A stretch of DNA of 46,529 bases, filler included, from Candidatus Woesearchaeota archaeon (GTDB lineage Archaea > Nanobdellota > Nanobdellia > Woesearchaeales > J072): the NCBI GenBank assembly GCA_003695265.1. It is 6 parts of 6 records of this genome, joined end to end, with 100 filler letters (N's around TTAATTAATTAA, not from the genome) between each part and the next. Parts side by side here need not be neighbours in the genome. Positions count along the whole stretch, not along the records: positions 32,310 to 42,786 come from RFII01000052.1; positions 42,887 to 46,529 come from RFII01000053.1; 4 more parts are not named here. The stretch is one strand, 5' to 3'. The translations under genes and the position numbers were made by a program. This document shows, piece after piece, positions 37,672-46,529 of the stretch (position 1 is the stretch's first letter; each line of letters opens with the position of its first letter). The notes beneath the pieces are model-generated. The model saw only the letters and a program-made list of their open reading frames with translations. It was not told the DNA's origin and ran no database searches.

Positions 37672-39855
37672 ATGGCGGAAAAAGAGGTAAGCAGTGTTTT
37701 GCAGAAGTATAAGAAGAAATTAGACAAAGAGCTCGGCCAAGAATTCACTATTCCTAACAAGCCAATTGTTTCAAGGGAGTACCTGCAGTTCAAGAAAGAG
37801 TACATGCCGGGCCATTTGAACTGGTACGAGAAAGCGTGCAATTACTGCGAAAAAGTGTTTAAGATAGCTCCTGACAAGAAAAAAGCGGCAGAGCTGCAGC
37901 GCTACATCGATGTGGCGCACCTTGACATAACACCTACTGGCGCTGTTAGCTTCGCTTATTTAGTGCCGCTGGCAATAGCATTTTTCGGATCGCTTATAGG
38001 TTACATGATTCCTGCTTTTTTCGGCCAGCCAACGCTTTTTTTTGTATTTTTCTCCATAATAGTAGGGCTTGTTTTGATAGCTCCTTTCAGCAAAATGCCA
38101 GAATTCCTGGCAAACAGCTGGCGCATGAAAGCAAGCAACCAAATGGTCCTTAGCATTTTTTATGTTGTGACATACATGAGGCACACCTCAAACATTGAAA
38201 ACGCTATTGATTTCGCGGCTGAGCACTTAGCGCCTCCGCTCGCATTGGACTTCAAGAAGATTTTATGGGATGTAGAGACAGAAAGGTTTGAGTCTGTTAA
38301 CGAGTCGCTTGATTACTACTTAGAAACTTGGAGAGAGTGGAATGTGGAGTTCATTGAAGCAATGCACTTGGTTGAAGGGTCTCTTTACGAATCATCAGAA
38401 GACAGGAGGCTTGGATCATTAGACAAAGCGCTCTCTGTTATTCTTGACGAGACGTATGAGAAAATGCTGCATTACGCACATAATTTGAAAAGTCCCATAA
38501 CAATGCTGCACATGATGGGAGTGATACTTCCTATTCTTGGGCTCGTCATACTTCCATTAGTAGTGAGCTTTTTGGGAAATGTTAAGTGGTACCACATAGC
38601 AACCCTTTATGATGTTGTCCTGCCAATAATGGTGTTTTACATGGGAAAAGTCATTCTGTCAAAAAGGCCTTCTGGCTACGGCGACAGCGACGTTTCAGAA
38701 TTGAACCCTGAACTAAAAAAATACAAGAAAATCATAGTGAATTTTGGAAAGCAAGAAGTTTTAATAAACCCAATCAACATTTGCGTCCTTGTATGGCTTG
38801 TTCTTTTCCTAATTGGGTTAAGCCCAGTAATTATGCATGGAATGAATCCGCGCTTTGACGTTCCATTAGGCGGCGGGTTTAATCTTTTGGGTTACAGGTG
38901 CCCTCAGCACAATCCTGAATGTGATATTACTCAGCAGATAGGTCCTTTCGGAATAGGTGCTTCAATACTCAGCTTGTTTATCCCTTTAAGCTTTGGTATA
39001 AGCATAGGGCTTTATTTCAAACTTAAGTCAAAAAACATCATAAAAATAAGGGAGAAGACAAAAAAGCTTGAGGACGAGTTTGCTTCCGGTCTGTTTCAGC
39101 TGGGCAACAGGCTTGGCGACGGCCTGCCGGTAGAAATAGCCTTTGGCAAGGTAGCTGACATTATGGAAGGAACTATTTCGGGAAGCTTTTTCAGTCTTGT
39201 AAGCACAAATATAAGAAAGCTTGGAATGGGAGTCAAGCAGGCAATATATGATAAAAAAATAGGAGCGCTGATTTACTTCCCTTCAAGTGTTATTGAAAGC
39301 TCTATGAAAGTCCTTATTGAAAGCGCAAAAAAAGGGCCTAGGGTTGCAAGCCAGGCATTGATAAACGTTGCGAGGTACATAAAAGAAATTCATAAAGTAA
39401 ATGAAAGGCTGAAAGACTTGATGGGTGATATTATAGGGTCAATGAAGGCGCAGGTATCTTTCTTAAGCCCTGTAATCTCAGGCATTGTTATTGGCATAAC
39501 ATCAATGATAACAACAATCCTCGGGAATCTAAGCCAGCAGTTGTCAAACATAACCGCGGAAGCAGGAGAAGCAGCGGCCGGAGTAGGCGGAGCAGGAATT
39601 CTCGGCTTATTCGGCGACGGAATTCCAACGTATTTCTTCCAAATTATTGTTGGAATTTATGTTGTTGAGCTGAGCTATATCCTGACAATTCTGGCTAACG
39701 GCATTGAAAACGGCGAAGATAAACTAAGCCAAGAATACGCTTTAGGAGTAAACATGAGAAAAAGCGTTTTGCTGTATGCGGTTGTTTCAGTAGTGGTTAT
39801 GCTTATCTTCAACCTCATTGCAGGGCAGATAATGACATCAATCGCAGTTGGTTAA
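37672..39855 (+). CDS. Type IV filament platform protein (TadC/ArlJ/GspF-like)
   Basis: Two cytoplasmic GspF-like domains each followed by TM helices; starts 3 nt after the ATPase. Confidence 0.82.
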   Translation: MAEKEVSSVLQKYKKKLDKELGQEFTIPNKPIVSREYLQFKKEYMPGHLNWYEKACNYCEKVFKIAPDKKKAAELQRYIDVAHLDITPTGAVSFAYLVPLAIAFFGSLIGYMIPAFFGQPTLFFVFFSIIVGLVLIAPFSKMPEFLANSWRMKASNQMVLSIFYVVTYMRHTSNIENAIDFAAEHLAPPLALDFKKILWDVETERFESVNESLDYYLETWREWNVEFIEAMHLVEGSLYESSEDRRLGSLDKALSVILDETYEKMLHYAHNLKSPITMLHMMGVILPILGLVILPLVVSFLGNVKWYHIATLYDVVLPIMVFYMGKVILSKRPSGYGDSDVSELNPELKKYKKIIVNFGKQEVLINPINICVLVWLVLFLIGLSPVIMHGMNPRFDVPLGGGFNLLGYRCPQHNPECDITQQIGPFGIGASILSLFIPLSFGISIGLYFKLKSKNIIKIREKTKKLEDEFASGLFQLGNRLGDGLPVEIAFGKVADIMEGTISGSFFSLVSTNIRKLGMGVKQAIYDKKIGALIYFPSSVIESSMKVLIESAKKGPRVASQALINVARYIKEIHKVNERLKDLMGDIIGSMKAQVSFLSPVISGIVIGITSMITTILGNLSQQLSNITAEAGEAAAGVGGAGILGLFGDGIPTYFFQIIVGIYVVELSYILTILANGIENGEDKLSQEYALGVNMRKSVLLYAVVSVVVMLIFNLIAGQIMTSIAVG

Positions 39856-39875
39856 AAGAACGGTAAGATTATAAG

Positions 39876-40017
39876 TGGGACGACGGGGACTCTCAACCAG
39901 CGTTCTGTGTTTAGAACCCTGAACATTTATTCAGGCCGCTGCTTTTGAACCCCGGACACCTACGTCTTCAGCGTAGTGCTCTCCTTAGCCGAAAATCTCA
40001 GGCTGAGCTATCGTCCC
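39876..40017 (-). tRNA. tRNA-Phe(GAA) with two non-canonical introns (39985-39998 in D-loop, 39890-39943 in T-loop)
   Basis: GGGACGA/TCGTCCC acceptor, CTACG-CTGAAGA-CGTAG anticodon arm; both inserts are bounded by BHB motifs; spliced length 74 nt. Confidence 0.92.
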
Positions 40018-40058
40018 ACAATAAAAAAATAGAATTAATGTTGTATTTAAATTATTTT

Positions 40059-40622
40059 CTATTCCTCTTTCTTTTCATCACCTGTTAATTCGTCTTCAAC
40101 AACTTCCTCCTCCACGGGCTCCTCTTCTAGCAGTTCTTCTTCTGTCTTCTCATCATCTGTCAGTATTTTCTCACCAGCATCAGTTGACATATCAGGAATT
40201 TGTGCTTTTTCGTCTATGTTTTCTGGAAGTTCGTCTTCCTTTTTCTCATCCTCTGTTAGAATATGCTCGCCTTCATCACTTGTTTCTGTAACGTCTTTTT
40301 CTGTCTCCTCATCAGGAGTCGCGTCTTTTTCAGCGCCTTCGAGAACTTCTATTCTTCCCATTCTTCCTGTCGTCAGCTGAGGCTCGCCCTGCCACTCATT
40401 AACATAGCCATTAATTATGCGAATCCTGTCACCAACTTTTACCTTGTCAATATCATCATTCCATAAAGAAAGAGTCATCTCACCCGAGTCATCCTTGACT
40501 TTTGCGCTTGCAACCCTTCCTTTCCTGCCGAACTTTTCGAATTCGCGAACATCACCTATTTCAACAACATCCACAACAATATCCACGTTGCCCTGCCTTA
40601 CCTGAAGATCTTTCAATGCCAT
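40059..40622 (-). CDS. ssb: Single OB-fold ssDNA-binding protein with long acidic tail
   Basis: RVASAKVKDDSGEMTLSLWND, INGYVNEWQGEPQLTTG. Confidence 0.85.
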   Translation of the reverse strand: MALKDLQVRQGNVDIVVDVVEIGDVREFEKFGRKGRVASAKVKDDSGEMTLSLWNDDIDKVKVGDRIRIINGYVNEWQGEPQLTTGRMGRIEVLEGAEKDATPDEETEKDVTETSDEGEHILTEDEKKEDELPENIDEKAQIPDMSTDAGEKILTDDEKTEEELLEEEPVEEEVVEDELTGDEKKEE

Positions 40623-40721
40623 AATATACCACCTTTAAGAAGGGAAAATAAATTGTAACTTTTAAAGCTTTTGAAAAATTCCGCAGAAACACAAATATTA
40701 TATAGGTATTAAGATTACATA

Positions 40722-41378
40722 ATGATTATGAAAGGGTTGAAATTATTAGCATTATTATACATTTTATTCCTGATTGTTTCCTGTCAGAAAAGTGTCGAAG
40801 TAAAAGAAATACTCCCTGTTGATAAAACTGTGAACGAAACTCAAGAAATCAATAAAAGTATTGTTGAGGAAAAGCCGCAAGCAAACGAAAGCGCTGAAGC
40901 TCTAGCAAATGAGACTGCCGAAACACAAACAGAAGAAACTCAGAATGAGTCCGAAGAAGAATTGCCGCCGCCGAAAACAGAGCTTTACCTGGTGCATGAC
41001 AAAGAGGTTTATCTTAGCAAGAGGTACGCTTTTATCAACGTTTCAATAAGGAATGCGGAGGACATAAGGGCGTACCAGTTCCAACTGAATTATGATCCGA
41101 GCATTTTGAGCGTAGCAAGCTATTCAGAAACAGATTTTATGAAGCAGAAAGAGGGAATGCAAACCTTGAGAATAGTTAAGCAAACAAACAACAGTTACTT
41201 GGTTGCGGTGAGCGCGACAGAGGGTGGCGCTTATGGCAATGGAGTGCTTGGCTTCTTCACAGTCACGTTTAACAGCAAAGGAAATTCTTCACTAATATTA
41301 AATAATACTGACTTGGTCAACTCAAAGATTGAGAATGTCAGGCACATAGCAAGAAACAGCAGCATAACAGTAAAGTAG
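40722..41378 (+). CDS. Putative lipoprotein with cohesin-like domain
   Basis: LIVSC lipobox-like, E-rich linker, INVSIRNA..AYQFQLNYDPSIL. Confidence 0.7.
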   Translation: MIMKGLKLLALLYILFLIVSCQKSVEVKEILPVDKTVNETQEINKSIVEEKPQANESAEALANETAETQTEETQNESEEELPPPKTELYLVHDKEVYLSKRYAFINVSIRNAEDIRAYQFQLNYDPSILSVASYSETDFMKQKEGMQTLRIVKQTNNSYLVAVSATEGGAYGNGVLGFFTVTFNSKGNSSLILNNTDLVNSKIENVRHIARNSSITVK

Positions 41379-41386
41379 TTCTGAAA

Positions 41387-42355
41387 ATGCCAGAAGTCTA
41401 TTACTTTGAAAGCCTTGATGATTCTTTACTGAACAAGTTGAGGCAGGAATTGGAAAAGGCTTTTCACGGCTGCAGGAGAATAGCTGTAAAGCTGCACTTC
41501 GGAGAGCCAGGAAACAAGACCGCGTTTTCGCCAGAGCAGGTGAAGCCGATAATTAACGTTTTGAAAGGGCTCGGCATGAAATACTTCTTGTTTGATTCTC
41601 CTGTGACTTACCCTAGCAGGAGAAGCAGCGTTAGCTCTTATGAGGAGTACGCAAAGGAAAAAGGATGGGACAGATTAGGAGATGTTGTTATAAGCGATGA
41701 CTTCGTTGTTGTTAAGGGTAACAGCATGGATTATGAGGTGTGCAAGCCTTTGGCAGAGGCTGACGGCGTTCTGGTAATAAGCCATTTCAAAGGGCATTGC
41801 TGCGCCGGCTTAGGCGGAGCAATAAAGAACCTGGGCATGGGCGCTCTGACTAAGAAGACTAAGTCAGAAATCCATGAGGGAGCAAGGCCTGTTATCGGTG
41901 ATGGGTGCGTTCAATGCAAGGCATGCGAAAGAGCCTGCCCCATAAACGGAATAAGAGTCACTGACAAGCCAGAAATAATAAAGTGTTACGGATGCTCGAA
42001 CTGCGTTTACGCATGCAAAAAAGGAGTTTTGAAGTGCAAAGTCAATTACTTTGACGTGCTATTGGCTGAAGGCGCGAATGCCGCGCAGTCAAAATTCAAA
42101 AAATTTTACTACGTTTCATGCCTGAAGAACATTACAAGGCTGTGCGACTGCGTCAAAAACGCTGGCGAACTTATTTCAGAAGACTGGGGTTGGCTGATAA
42201 GCAAGGATGCAGTTGCAATTGACAGGGCAGCTTACGACTTGGTAACGCGTGATGAAGATGTTTTCTTGAAATATAACAAGAAATCAGGCACTGAGCAGGT
42301 GAAGGCTGCTGAAAAGCTCGGCATGGGAAGCTCAGAATACGTTTTAGCGGAATGA
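41387..42355 (+). CDS. DUF362 family Fe-S protein
   Basis: AVKLHFGE, SHFKGH..GGAIKNLGMG, two CxxCxxCxxxC motifs, CDC. Confidence 0.9.
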   Translation: MPEVYYFESLDDSLLNKLRQELEKAFHGCRRIAVKLHFGEPGNKTAFSPEQVKPIINVLKGLGMKYFLFDSPVTYPSRRSSVSSYEEYAKEKGWDRLGDVVISDDFVVVKGNSMDYEVCKPLAEADGVLVISHFKGHCCAGLGGAIKNLGMGALTKKTKSEIHEGARPVIGDGCVQCKACERACPINGIRVTDKPEIIKCYGCSNCVYACKKGVLKCKVNYFDVLLAEGANAAQSKFKKFYYVSCLKNITRLCDCVKNAGELISEDWGWLISKDAVAIDRAAYDLVTRDEDVFLKYNKKSGTEQVKAAEKLGMGSSEYVLAE

Positions 42356-42630
42356 AAAGAGTTCACATAACTGTTTATGGGAAAGTGCAGGGAGTTTCTT
42401 TCAGGTATTACTCAAAGCAGAAAGCATTAGAGCTCGGCGTTAAAGGATGGGTTATGAACCTGAGAAACCCAAACATAGTGGAATTAGTAATAGAAGGAAA
42501 AGACGAGAAAGTTGACAAAATGATAGAATGGTGCAGTCACGGCCCACAAAACGCAATAATAGAAAAAATCGACGTCACAGAAGAAGAATACAAAGGAGAA
42601 TTCAACAGCTTTGAGGTTAGGTATTGGTAA
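42352..42630 (+). CDS. acyP: Acylphosphatase
   Basis: GKVQGVSFR, GWVMN, WC..GP. Confidence 0.95.
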   Translation: MKRVHITVYGKVQGVSFRYYSKQKALELGVKGWVMNLRNPNIVELVIEGKDEKVDKMIEWCSHGPQNAIIEKIDVTEEEYKGEFNSFEVRYW

Positions 42631-42705
42631 ATTGAGGATTTTAGAGTGAATTTCTAGAAAAATTTAAATTCTAAGAAAATAATCACATTTATTTGGGGGG
42701 TGAAA

Positions 42706-42786
42706 TTGAGAGTTTTTGTTGGTCTCAAAGCCTTAGGGAACTTCTCATATGATAATAAATATTATAGTAAGCTTGGTGGTTTTGTA
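42706..42786 (+). CDS. N-terminal fragment resembling archaeal Cas6
   Basis: TTG start after GGGGTGA; MRVFVGLKALGNFSYDNKYYSKLGGFV runs into the linker. Confidence 0.5.
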
Positions 42787-42886
42787 NNNNNNNNNNNNNN
42801 NNNNNNNNNNNNNNNNNNNNNNNNNNNNNNTTAATTAATTAANNNNNNNNNNNNNNNNNNNNNNNNNNNNNNNNNNNNNNNNNNNN
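42787..42886. other. Artificial contig linker
   Basis: N-run with TTAATTAATTAA. Confidence 0.98.
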
Positions 42887-42887
42887 C

Positions 42888-43364
42888 CTTTATACTGATC
42901 ATTTAATAAAAAGAATGGAATACACTCTCTCTAAACTAAAAAATTCAGAAGTTCAGTAGGAATTAAAGGAGAAGATTGAACAGATTAAAAAATTTAAAGA
43001 AGTTCAATCTGAGTTCTTAAAAATAGCAAGTAATTACTATTTTTTTGAGATTCGGTCTAAACCTCTCCAGTTTAGCCCTTCTACTTTGAAAGTTTTCCAG
43101 AAGGGTGTCGATGTTCAGCTCGCTGTTGATTTGGTTGAGTTTTCTTATAAAAACGTTTTTGATATTGCTGTTGTTTTATCTGGTGATATTGATCTCATTG
43201 AATCTGTAAGGACAGCAAAAAATTTGGGTAAGCATATTCTTATTTTTGGTGATGAAAGCGTTACTTCAAAGGAAATGAGGAAGGAAGCCGATCATTTTAT
43301 TGACTTAGGAAGATTAAATGACAAAGATCTTGATAAAATTTCTCATGTTGTTAATAAGAAATGA
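42888..43364 (+). pseudogene. NYN/LabA (PIN-like) domain gene, 5'-truncated, with in-frame TAG at 42957
   Basis: QKGVDVQLAVD, LSGDID, EADHFIDL; frame open from the contig edge except for one TAG. Confidence 0.65.
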
Positions 43365-43404
43365 TTCTGAATAAATTGGGTGCTCATTTGAAACCTCATA
43401 TTAT

Positions 43405-43983
43405 TTATTTTTTAAAACCAATTATTTTTAAACATTCCTTAAGTCTTGATTTAAATGCGGTTATGTTCGTGTTATTACCACTTGGAAAAGGAATAGTATA
43501 TTTCTCGTTGGGATATTTATCTTTTTCCAATTTAAAATTGATTATATTGTAATTTTTGTTCTTTAAAAAATTACTGATAGCTAGCAAAGTGGGTTTTAAA
43601 AGAATTATTATTGGTGTTGTTTTACCAATACATCTTTCTTTCTCCAATACATTTAATCTTATAGCAAGATGTTCTTCATAAGCTTTTTTGAGGATTAATA
43701 TTTTTTTGGAAAGCCCAGTTCCTTTAGGAATATTACCAATAATGGTATCAACCAAGAAAAAACCATCTTTTTTGAACTGTTCCAGCATAAATTTTTTTGG
43801 GAATGTTTTATACATATTATTATATAAAACGTCCATAATACTTGAATAAAATATTGGAATACATTCTGAGATATAATTATAAAAATAATTGTTATCATTG
43901 TTAGGATAACTCTCAGCTATAAAAAGACATTTTATTTTATTAGGTTTGAACTCATTTGCTAATTTTTCATGATTTATTCCCAT
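43405..43983 (-). CDS. Uracil-DNA-glycosylase-like fold protein
   Basis: KIKCLFIAESYP..YFY, FKKDGFFLVD, IPFPS; start moved to MGINH to avoid the long overlap. Confidence 0.6.
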   Translation of the reverse strand: MGINHEKLANEFKPNKIKCLFIAESYPNNDNNYFYNYISECIPIFYSSIMDVLYNNMYKTFPKKFMLEQFKKDGFFLVDTIIGNIPKGTGLSKKILILKKAYEEHLAIRLNVLEKERCIGKTTPIIILLKPTLLAISNFLKNKNYNIINFKLEKDKYPNEKYTIPFPSGNNTNITAFKSRLKECLKIIGFKK

Positions 43984-44014
43984 TTTTCTACTCAAAGCTT
44001 CGGCAAAAAACGCG

Positions 44015-44710
44015 TTAAGCTTTTTCACCTGCTTTTGATTGTGATTTTGTCCGTTTAGTTGCTTCTTCGATTGTATGGCAAGCAGAATCCTTATTCTTAA
44101 TAAGTATTTTCTCATACTTTAAAACATCTAAAATTGATTTTTCTGGATTTTTCTTCAAGTTTTCATCGCAAGTTTTTAGAGCTAACTCAAACTGGCGTGA
44201 ACGTCTCAACAAATCAATAATTAAGATTTCTGCTGTTGAGGCTTCTTCATCAATAACCTGACTATTCTCCTTTGCTTTTTGGAACAAGCCTATTGCTTTC
44301 TTCCGACATTTTTGTGCTGCCTCTTCAGAATTAGTGTCATCACAGACCCAGGAAGCATGAACACAACTCCACCCTGCGCCGGCATAATCGCCGGCATTCT
44401 CCTGAATCAGTGAGTAACAAAGAAAGGCATTTGCAAGTTTTGGGAATTCTGTGCTATTTAATTGCTGTTGGTAAAGATCAGTGCGGACTAATTCTGATGA
44501 TTTCTCAATCCGCTTAGATATGTCAGGAGCACAAAAGCCGCAAGATGAACAAATATGAATCCACACATTAATTGTTGAGCGAAGCATTTCAGCTGGCCTT
44601 GTGTCTAAGTCAGGAGAACCTCCAAAAGTATTTGAAGAGCCGAGCATGATAACTTCATTTTTTTCACCGCACAAAGCACATTTTTCATAATTCAAAAACA
44701 TTATTGTCAT
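44015..44710 (-). CDS. DUF2225-like zinc-ribbon + TPR protein
   Basis: CALC, DLDTRP, CSSCGF, ASWVCDD, DLLRRSRQF; ATG after GAGGTG. Confidence 0.7.
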   Translation of the reverse strand: MTIMFLNYEKCALCGEKNEVIMLGSSNTFGGSPDLDTRPAEMLRSTINVWIHICSSCGFCAPDISKRIEKSSELVRTDLYQQQLNSTEFPKLANAFLCYSLIQENAGDYAGAGWSCVHASWVCDDTNSEEAAQKCRKKAIGLFQKAKENSQVIDEEASTAEILIIDLLRRSRQFELALKTCDENLKKNPEKSILDVLKYEKILIKNKDSACHTIEEATKRTKSQSKAGEKA

Positions 44711-44880
44711 ATTTAACACCTCAAAAAATTATTCCTTCTATTTTTTCCCACAAACAAAAACACAGGATTGTTGAGTATTTAAATTTTGGCCTCTATTTTC
44801 ATTTGTATTCTACTGTGACATATATCATGGCACTACACGCTAAAGTAAATTATTTATACTAAAAAATCTCGGTTTGTGTT

Positions 44881-45417
44881 ATGAAAGGTGATTTCAGGCC
44901 GAAGAGGAGTTTTAAGCCGATAATTGTGGCTTTTCTCTTAGGTGTTATTGTTGCTAGCGCTGCATTCACCAAGTTCTCAGGAATTGTTGGTAATGTTGTC
45001 CTTGACATTAAGGACAGGCAGTGCGAAAAGGCATGTGATGAAAGAATAAAAGTAATAAATAATTCTTGCGAGCTGCAATTAAACGAGTCAGAGCAGGAAT
45101 GCGAAGAAAAAATTTACAAGAAGGATTTTGTTATTGAGGTTTGTGAGAAAGACAAGAAGAATATCACTGAGAAACTTGCATCATGCTCTTTCAAGTCAGA
45201 GGAGTGCAAAAAAGGACTTAACAAATGCACAAATAGCTTTGATGAGTGTTCTGATAATTTGGATTCTTGCTCCTTGGAGCTGAACAATGTTATACAGACC
45301 TCCAACGACAACATTGACATTTTAATAAGAGACTGCAACGCTAGGATTGACGCTTGCAAACAAGACCCGAACCAATTGTACCTTAACCTGGCTGATTATA
45401 TAACCCAAAAAGAATAA
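44881..45417 (+). CDS. Membrane-anchored Cys-heptad coiled-coil protein
   Basis: N-terminal TM, then C-x6-C periodicity. Confidence 0.75.
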   Translation: MKGDFRPKRSFKPIIVAFLLGVIVASAAFTKFSGIVGNVVLDIKDRQCEKACDERIKVINNSCELQLNESEQECEEKIYKKDFVIEVCEKDKKNITEKLASCSFKSEECKKGLNKCTNSFDECSDNLDSCSLELNNVIQTSNDNIDILIRDCNARIDACKQDPNQLYLNLADYITQKE

Positions 45418-45494
45418 TCGGAAAAACTCTTTATTATTCGGAAAAATTTTCTTTTTTTGTGAACAATCCTTATTAAATTTAGCAAATTCTCTTT

Positions 45495-45767
45495 GTGGTA
45501 AAAATGGGCTTGGCAAAAGACGTTGCAACTTTTACTCTTGGATTCTTGTGTGGGGTTTACGTCGGCGTTGGTGGATGCTCATACCACTTCCACAGGTTTA
45601 TGGAAAACCCACAGGATAATGTTCAAAGATTGCAGGAATCTTACAAAGACATTACTGACATGATTAAGAATGATCCTGTTGTTAATAAAATGAAAGAAAG
45701 GATAGGAGAAGCGAAAAATTACTTTAAAGAAAAATGGGATGAAGGTGATTCAACTGGGGCTCGCTAA
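45495..45767 (+). CDS. Small single-TM protein, paralog A
   Basis: GLAK..LGFLCGVYVGVGGC. Confidence 0.65.
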   Translation: MVKMGLAKDVATFTLGFLCGVYVGVGGCSYHFHRFMENPQDNVQRLQESYKDITDMIKNDPVVNKMKERIGEAKNYFKEKWDEGDSTGAR

Positions 45768-45954
45768 AAGAATCGGCATATACCTGCTTGGATTTGGCAT
45801 TGGCCTTTACGTTGGAAAAGGAGGCTGCGCAAAAACAGAGGCTCATCAAAACTCTTGCCAAAAAATATTGAGTTATGAGGACTTGAGCAGAGAAACTTAC
45901 CTTGTGAAAGGCACTTTGGAATCTAAACTAATTGAAAATGAGGCTAAGAACTAA
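45739..45954 (+). CDS. Small single-TM protein, paralog B
   Basis: GLAK..LGFGIGLYVGKGGC. Confidence 0.6.
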   Translation: MKVIQLGLAKRIGIYLLGFGIGLYVGKGGCAKTEAHQNSCQKILSYEDLSRETYLVKGTLESKLIENEAKN

Positions 45955-46501
45955 AATACTGTCTCTTTTAACAGCAAAGGCAATAGTCTTTTTGACAGGA
46001 GCCTGGCTCACATACTCAAATCATGAGACTATTCAGCGCGCCCATTACACGCTGACAAAAGGCAGGAATAAGATAGAATCAGGTTATTTTTCTGATCCTG
46101 CAGGATTGTCTATAATTTATCCGGTGAACGAGAAGGGTCATGTTGAGCTTTACCTTCACCATGAAGAGAGCAACAGGGACATTGCAATAGGCGCTGACAT
46201 GCTTCCAAGAAACATGTCCGACCTTGTTGAAGGACTTGAAAACAGGCTTAATAACAGATTTTTTCAGGACAGCACAGAGATTGAAAGTGCAATGAGGCTA
46301 TCAGAGTCTCTCTGGAAAGCAGCTTATCATGCCAAGTACCCAAATGCAGAAGTTGAGCCAGGATTTTTTGACCCGGCCGCAATGCATGCAGAGGTAAAAA
46401 TGAACAATAATGGGCGTTTGGAGGTATACATTAATTATAAGGGCCAAAAAATCCCTTTGAAAACAAGAGATAAGAACCTTTTCAGAATGATTTTCAGATA
46501 A
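45932..46501 (+). CDS. Membrane-anchored protein with internal duplication
   Basis: N-terminal TM; ESGYFSDPA..NEKGHVELYL repeated as EPGFFDPA..NNNGRLEVYI. Confidence 0.7.
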   Translation: MKMRLRTKILSLLTAKAIVFLTGAWLTYSNHETIQRAHYTLTKGRNKIESGYFSDPAGLSIIYPVNEKGHVELYLHHEESNRDIAIGADMLPRNMSDLVEGLENRLNNRFFQDSTEIESAMRLSESLWKAAYHAKYPNAEVEPGFFDPAAMHAEVKMNNNGRLEVYINYKGQKIPLKTRDKNLFRMIFR

Positions 46502-46529
46502 AATAATAATTTTTTCGTAAAAATAACAA

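Noticed and set aside
42706..43364. cas6-like fragment and NYN nuclease as one CRISPR-associated locus
   Set aside because: They are separated by an artificial linker, so adjacency is not established.

Overview
Archaeal DNA, most consistent with a DPANN (Woesearchaeota-like) lineage. Markers are archaeal rpl11, eS1, proteasome beta, aCPSF1, DTD2, Bud32 and BHB-type tRNA introns. The window is six contigs joined by artificial 100-nt N/TTAATTAATTAA linkers, so adjacency across linkers means nothing. It contains housekeeping genes, a six-gene glycogen cluster, bacterial-type ribBA, secDF, several uncharacterised surface proteins, an RHH + atypical Ser/Thr kinase pair, a type IV filament/Tad-like locus (ATPase, platform, three paralogous membrane proteins, two coiled-coil proteins) and an AT-rich accessory contig. 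The most unusual stretch is 18240-22290 on the minus strand. It runs from a candidate structured ncRNA to a tRNA-His interrupted by two tandem 30-nt hairpins without a BHB motif, then a gene split by a +1 frame break around a prfB-like GGAT-CTT-CAT(His) site, then LOG-family, hisS and map. Also notable are a two-intron tRNA-Phe, a uORF-coupled CTG-start RNase HII-like gene, a 44-nt dispersed non-coding repeat and a cas6-like N-terminus at a contig end. All product calls come from motif recognition by eye, not database searches.
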